Below are positions 62,101 to 64,000 of a stretch of 64,000 nucleotides of DNA, in pieces. A program made the translations under genes and the position numbers. Every line of letters starts with the position of its first letter. The first letter of the stretch is position 1. The notes under the pieces were generated by a model that saw nothing but the letters and a program-made list of their open reading frames with translations, had not been told where the DNA came from and searched no databases. Source of the DNA: Vitrella brassicaformis CCMP3155 (lineage: Eukaryota; Protista; Chromerida); the NCBI GenBank assembly GCA_001179505.1, contig CDMY01000255.1:434001-498000 (forward strand), given 5' to 3'.

Positions 62101-64000
62101 ACATTGCATGACCGATGCCTCAGAGTGGTCCACATCCTCTCTGTGTGTCCGTCTTACCTCCAGATTCTCTGCTGGCCTGAATGCGACCTTCCAACCAGCA
62201 AATGGGTCCACGACAGGCACACTCAGGACGGTGAATGGCTGCGCTGACATTCCGACACTGTCGGATGACTCAAAGTACTCGTTGGGCTTCCAATCAAAGC
62301 CGAACGGAGCCCATATCTCAATGGAATCGCTCGCTCTTAATTCAGTCCCCACACTGAAGCGAATTGTCATCTGATCGAGACAACACAAGAGTGGACCGAT
62401 GAGAGCAAATAGTGATGAGACATGAATTTCAATAATGTTTGTGCTCACGCTGATGGTGCCTTCGGCCCGGCTGTCGGGAACAACTTCGAAGCTCTTGAAT
62501 CGTGACGGCCATACATTGTAGCCGTCATACACGTTCGTCTGCCGAACAATCCCGTCAGGCCGCTGCGTCGATATCTGGAGTCACACCAGAGGGAGTTTAA
62601 TGAAGTGCTTCTCGCTCGCAAAAGGCGAGCAGGTGGCCTACCATCCAAATGTTGTGCTTGCTCTCGTATCCGCCGTTGTCCATCGGGTTCATCACGTCGA
62701 TCTTGAATCTGTACAGCACACCCACCTGCAGCGCATTCGACTGGTGAAATACAAGCAGCAGATAGCGATCGTTCTCCGCCACACACTCGCACTCGGGCAG
62801 TGTGACTCTGTCAAAGCCGGGACACCTTCGGGGAAAACTCCATGACGGCGGCGCACGCACCATCACGCGGGATCGGTCAAGTACGCTGACCGTCTCTGTG
62901 GCCATGAATTGCACCGTCAGCTGCGTCTGGTCGCCGGCAAGAAACGAGGCGGGAGAGAATATCACAGAGCTCAGGGCTCCGTACACAGCAAAGCCGCGCA
63001 GGTCTGCAACGCAACGAATGTGACTAAAGCAGGGACCGGAACGGCTGTGTCGCTCTTTTTGTCGATCATGTACGTGTCTCACTTGTGGCAGATGATATTT
63101 GGGTCGGCCGCGCTGCATCGGTCGAGTCGGTGATGGCCACACTCCACGCAACAGCAGACGTGGGCACCGACGGAGTGGTGACCCAGAAACGGACATAGTA
63201 GACGGTGTCTTTGAAAAAAGTGGCATCGAACACCTGAGAAAGATAAACACCTCAGCCCGTGCAGCAAGCCACGTGTGCATGAATGTGTGGCTTTTCTACC
63301 TGCAGCGAGACTTTGTTGCCGACCGGCGATGACGACTCTGTGTAGAGCGTCCAGCTGCCAGAGAGAGCGGGTTGCCCCTCCACATTCTCAGGCATCCTGT
63401 CGGGGGCAATCTTGTAGGCCGCGGGGGGAATGATGTCGATCGTTGTCGTGCCCTCCCTGCGTGGGTAGGCAGTCTGGCCAGGGCGCAGTGCGAAGGTCAC
63501 TTGCTGCGTCAACGAGGTCCTCTCAGCCAGCCAGTCGGTCAAACCACCACGTGGACCGCCTGGCGGCGTTCCCTGCACCATCAATGGCTCGACGAAAGAG
63601 ATCGTATAGAGTCCCCCCGCCTTGTTCTCCGATGTGATGATCCATTTCGCATTGACGGCTTCTGTGGGATTCTGGAAGCCTTCCAACAGGATGGTGCCGG
63701 TCGTCGCGGCGCCAACTGAGCCCCAGCCTGTGCTGCCGAACTTGACGCGAAAAGTGTTGGCGCATGTCGTGCACGGCACTGGCAGCCCCACTGTCTGCAC
63801 AAGCGCCCGGCTGACCCCGGCTAAAGGGGCCTGGTTGGCGTCGAGGATCTGGCATTTTGGGGTAGATGGAGGTGTGAGGGGCTCTTCCTCGGCCTCACCG
63901 AAGTCCCAGATATCGGGAGGGAAGGCGATAACGTCGATAGTGTCATCCTGTGTGAACCGCCCGTAGACCTGTATGGTGATGTTGAGCTTGTTGCTCGCCC
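56150..64000 (-). CDS. Giant surface protein with ~13 tandem beta-rich, Cys-containing modules, a Thr-rich mucin-like insert and a probable GPI signal; 5' end outside the window
   Basis: The recurring module has ..I.AP.GF.F...C..C..L......F.V.V.NP...P..N.W (e.g. APQGFHF..NPSFMPSPNDW; GPVGFTFGC..NPRFTPIPNDW). A poly-Thr stretch lies at ~56990-57075. The C-terminus is GSTTARRNTNLWPSIVAPLLLSLARLAV*. Confidence 0.8.

Noticed and set aside
1-64000. Prokaryotic operon, defence island, CRISPR array, rRNA/tRNA genes or autonomous transposon
   Set aside because: All genes are spliceosomal and intron-rich. No repeat-spacer array, structural RNA pattern, transposase or reverse transcriptase motif was seen.

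Overview
Intron-rich eukaryotic genomic DNA. It is GC-rich, with short GT-AG introns full of (GT)n/(CA)n/(GACA)n/(GGAT)n microsatellites and three 300-N gaps. The style suggests a chromerid alveolate such as Vitrella (inference only). Manual exon joining supports about 18 spliced genes: gankyrin-like ankyrin protein, gamma-carbonic anhydrase, two hypotheticals, a secreted coiled-coil protein, an N-acylated CAMK/CDPK-like kinase without EF-hands, casein kinase 1, a CPBP protease, farnesyltransferase beta, an EF-hand/PPKL-like PPP phosphatase, a ZIP transporter, neurochondrin-like, CUE-like, MATH-like, CSN9-like, an M50 protease, and a giant repeat surface protein with a probable GPI anchor. The standout is a ~9.2 kb minus-strand gene (32992-42149). 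It appears to fuse nine Unkempt-type CCCH RNA-binding fingers to a degenerate IRE1/RNase L-like pseudokinase-KEN module. All family calls come from motif recognition by eye; no searches were run, and gene ends are approximate where noted.
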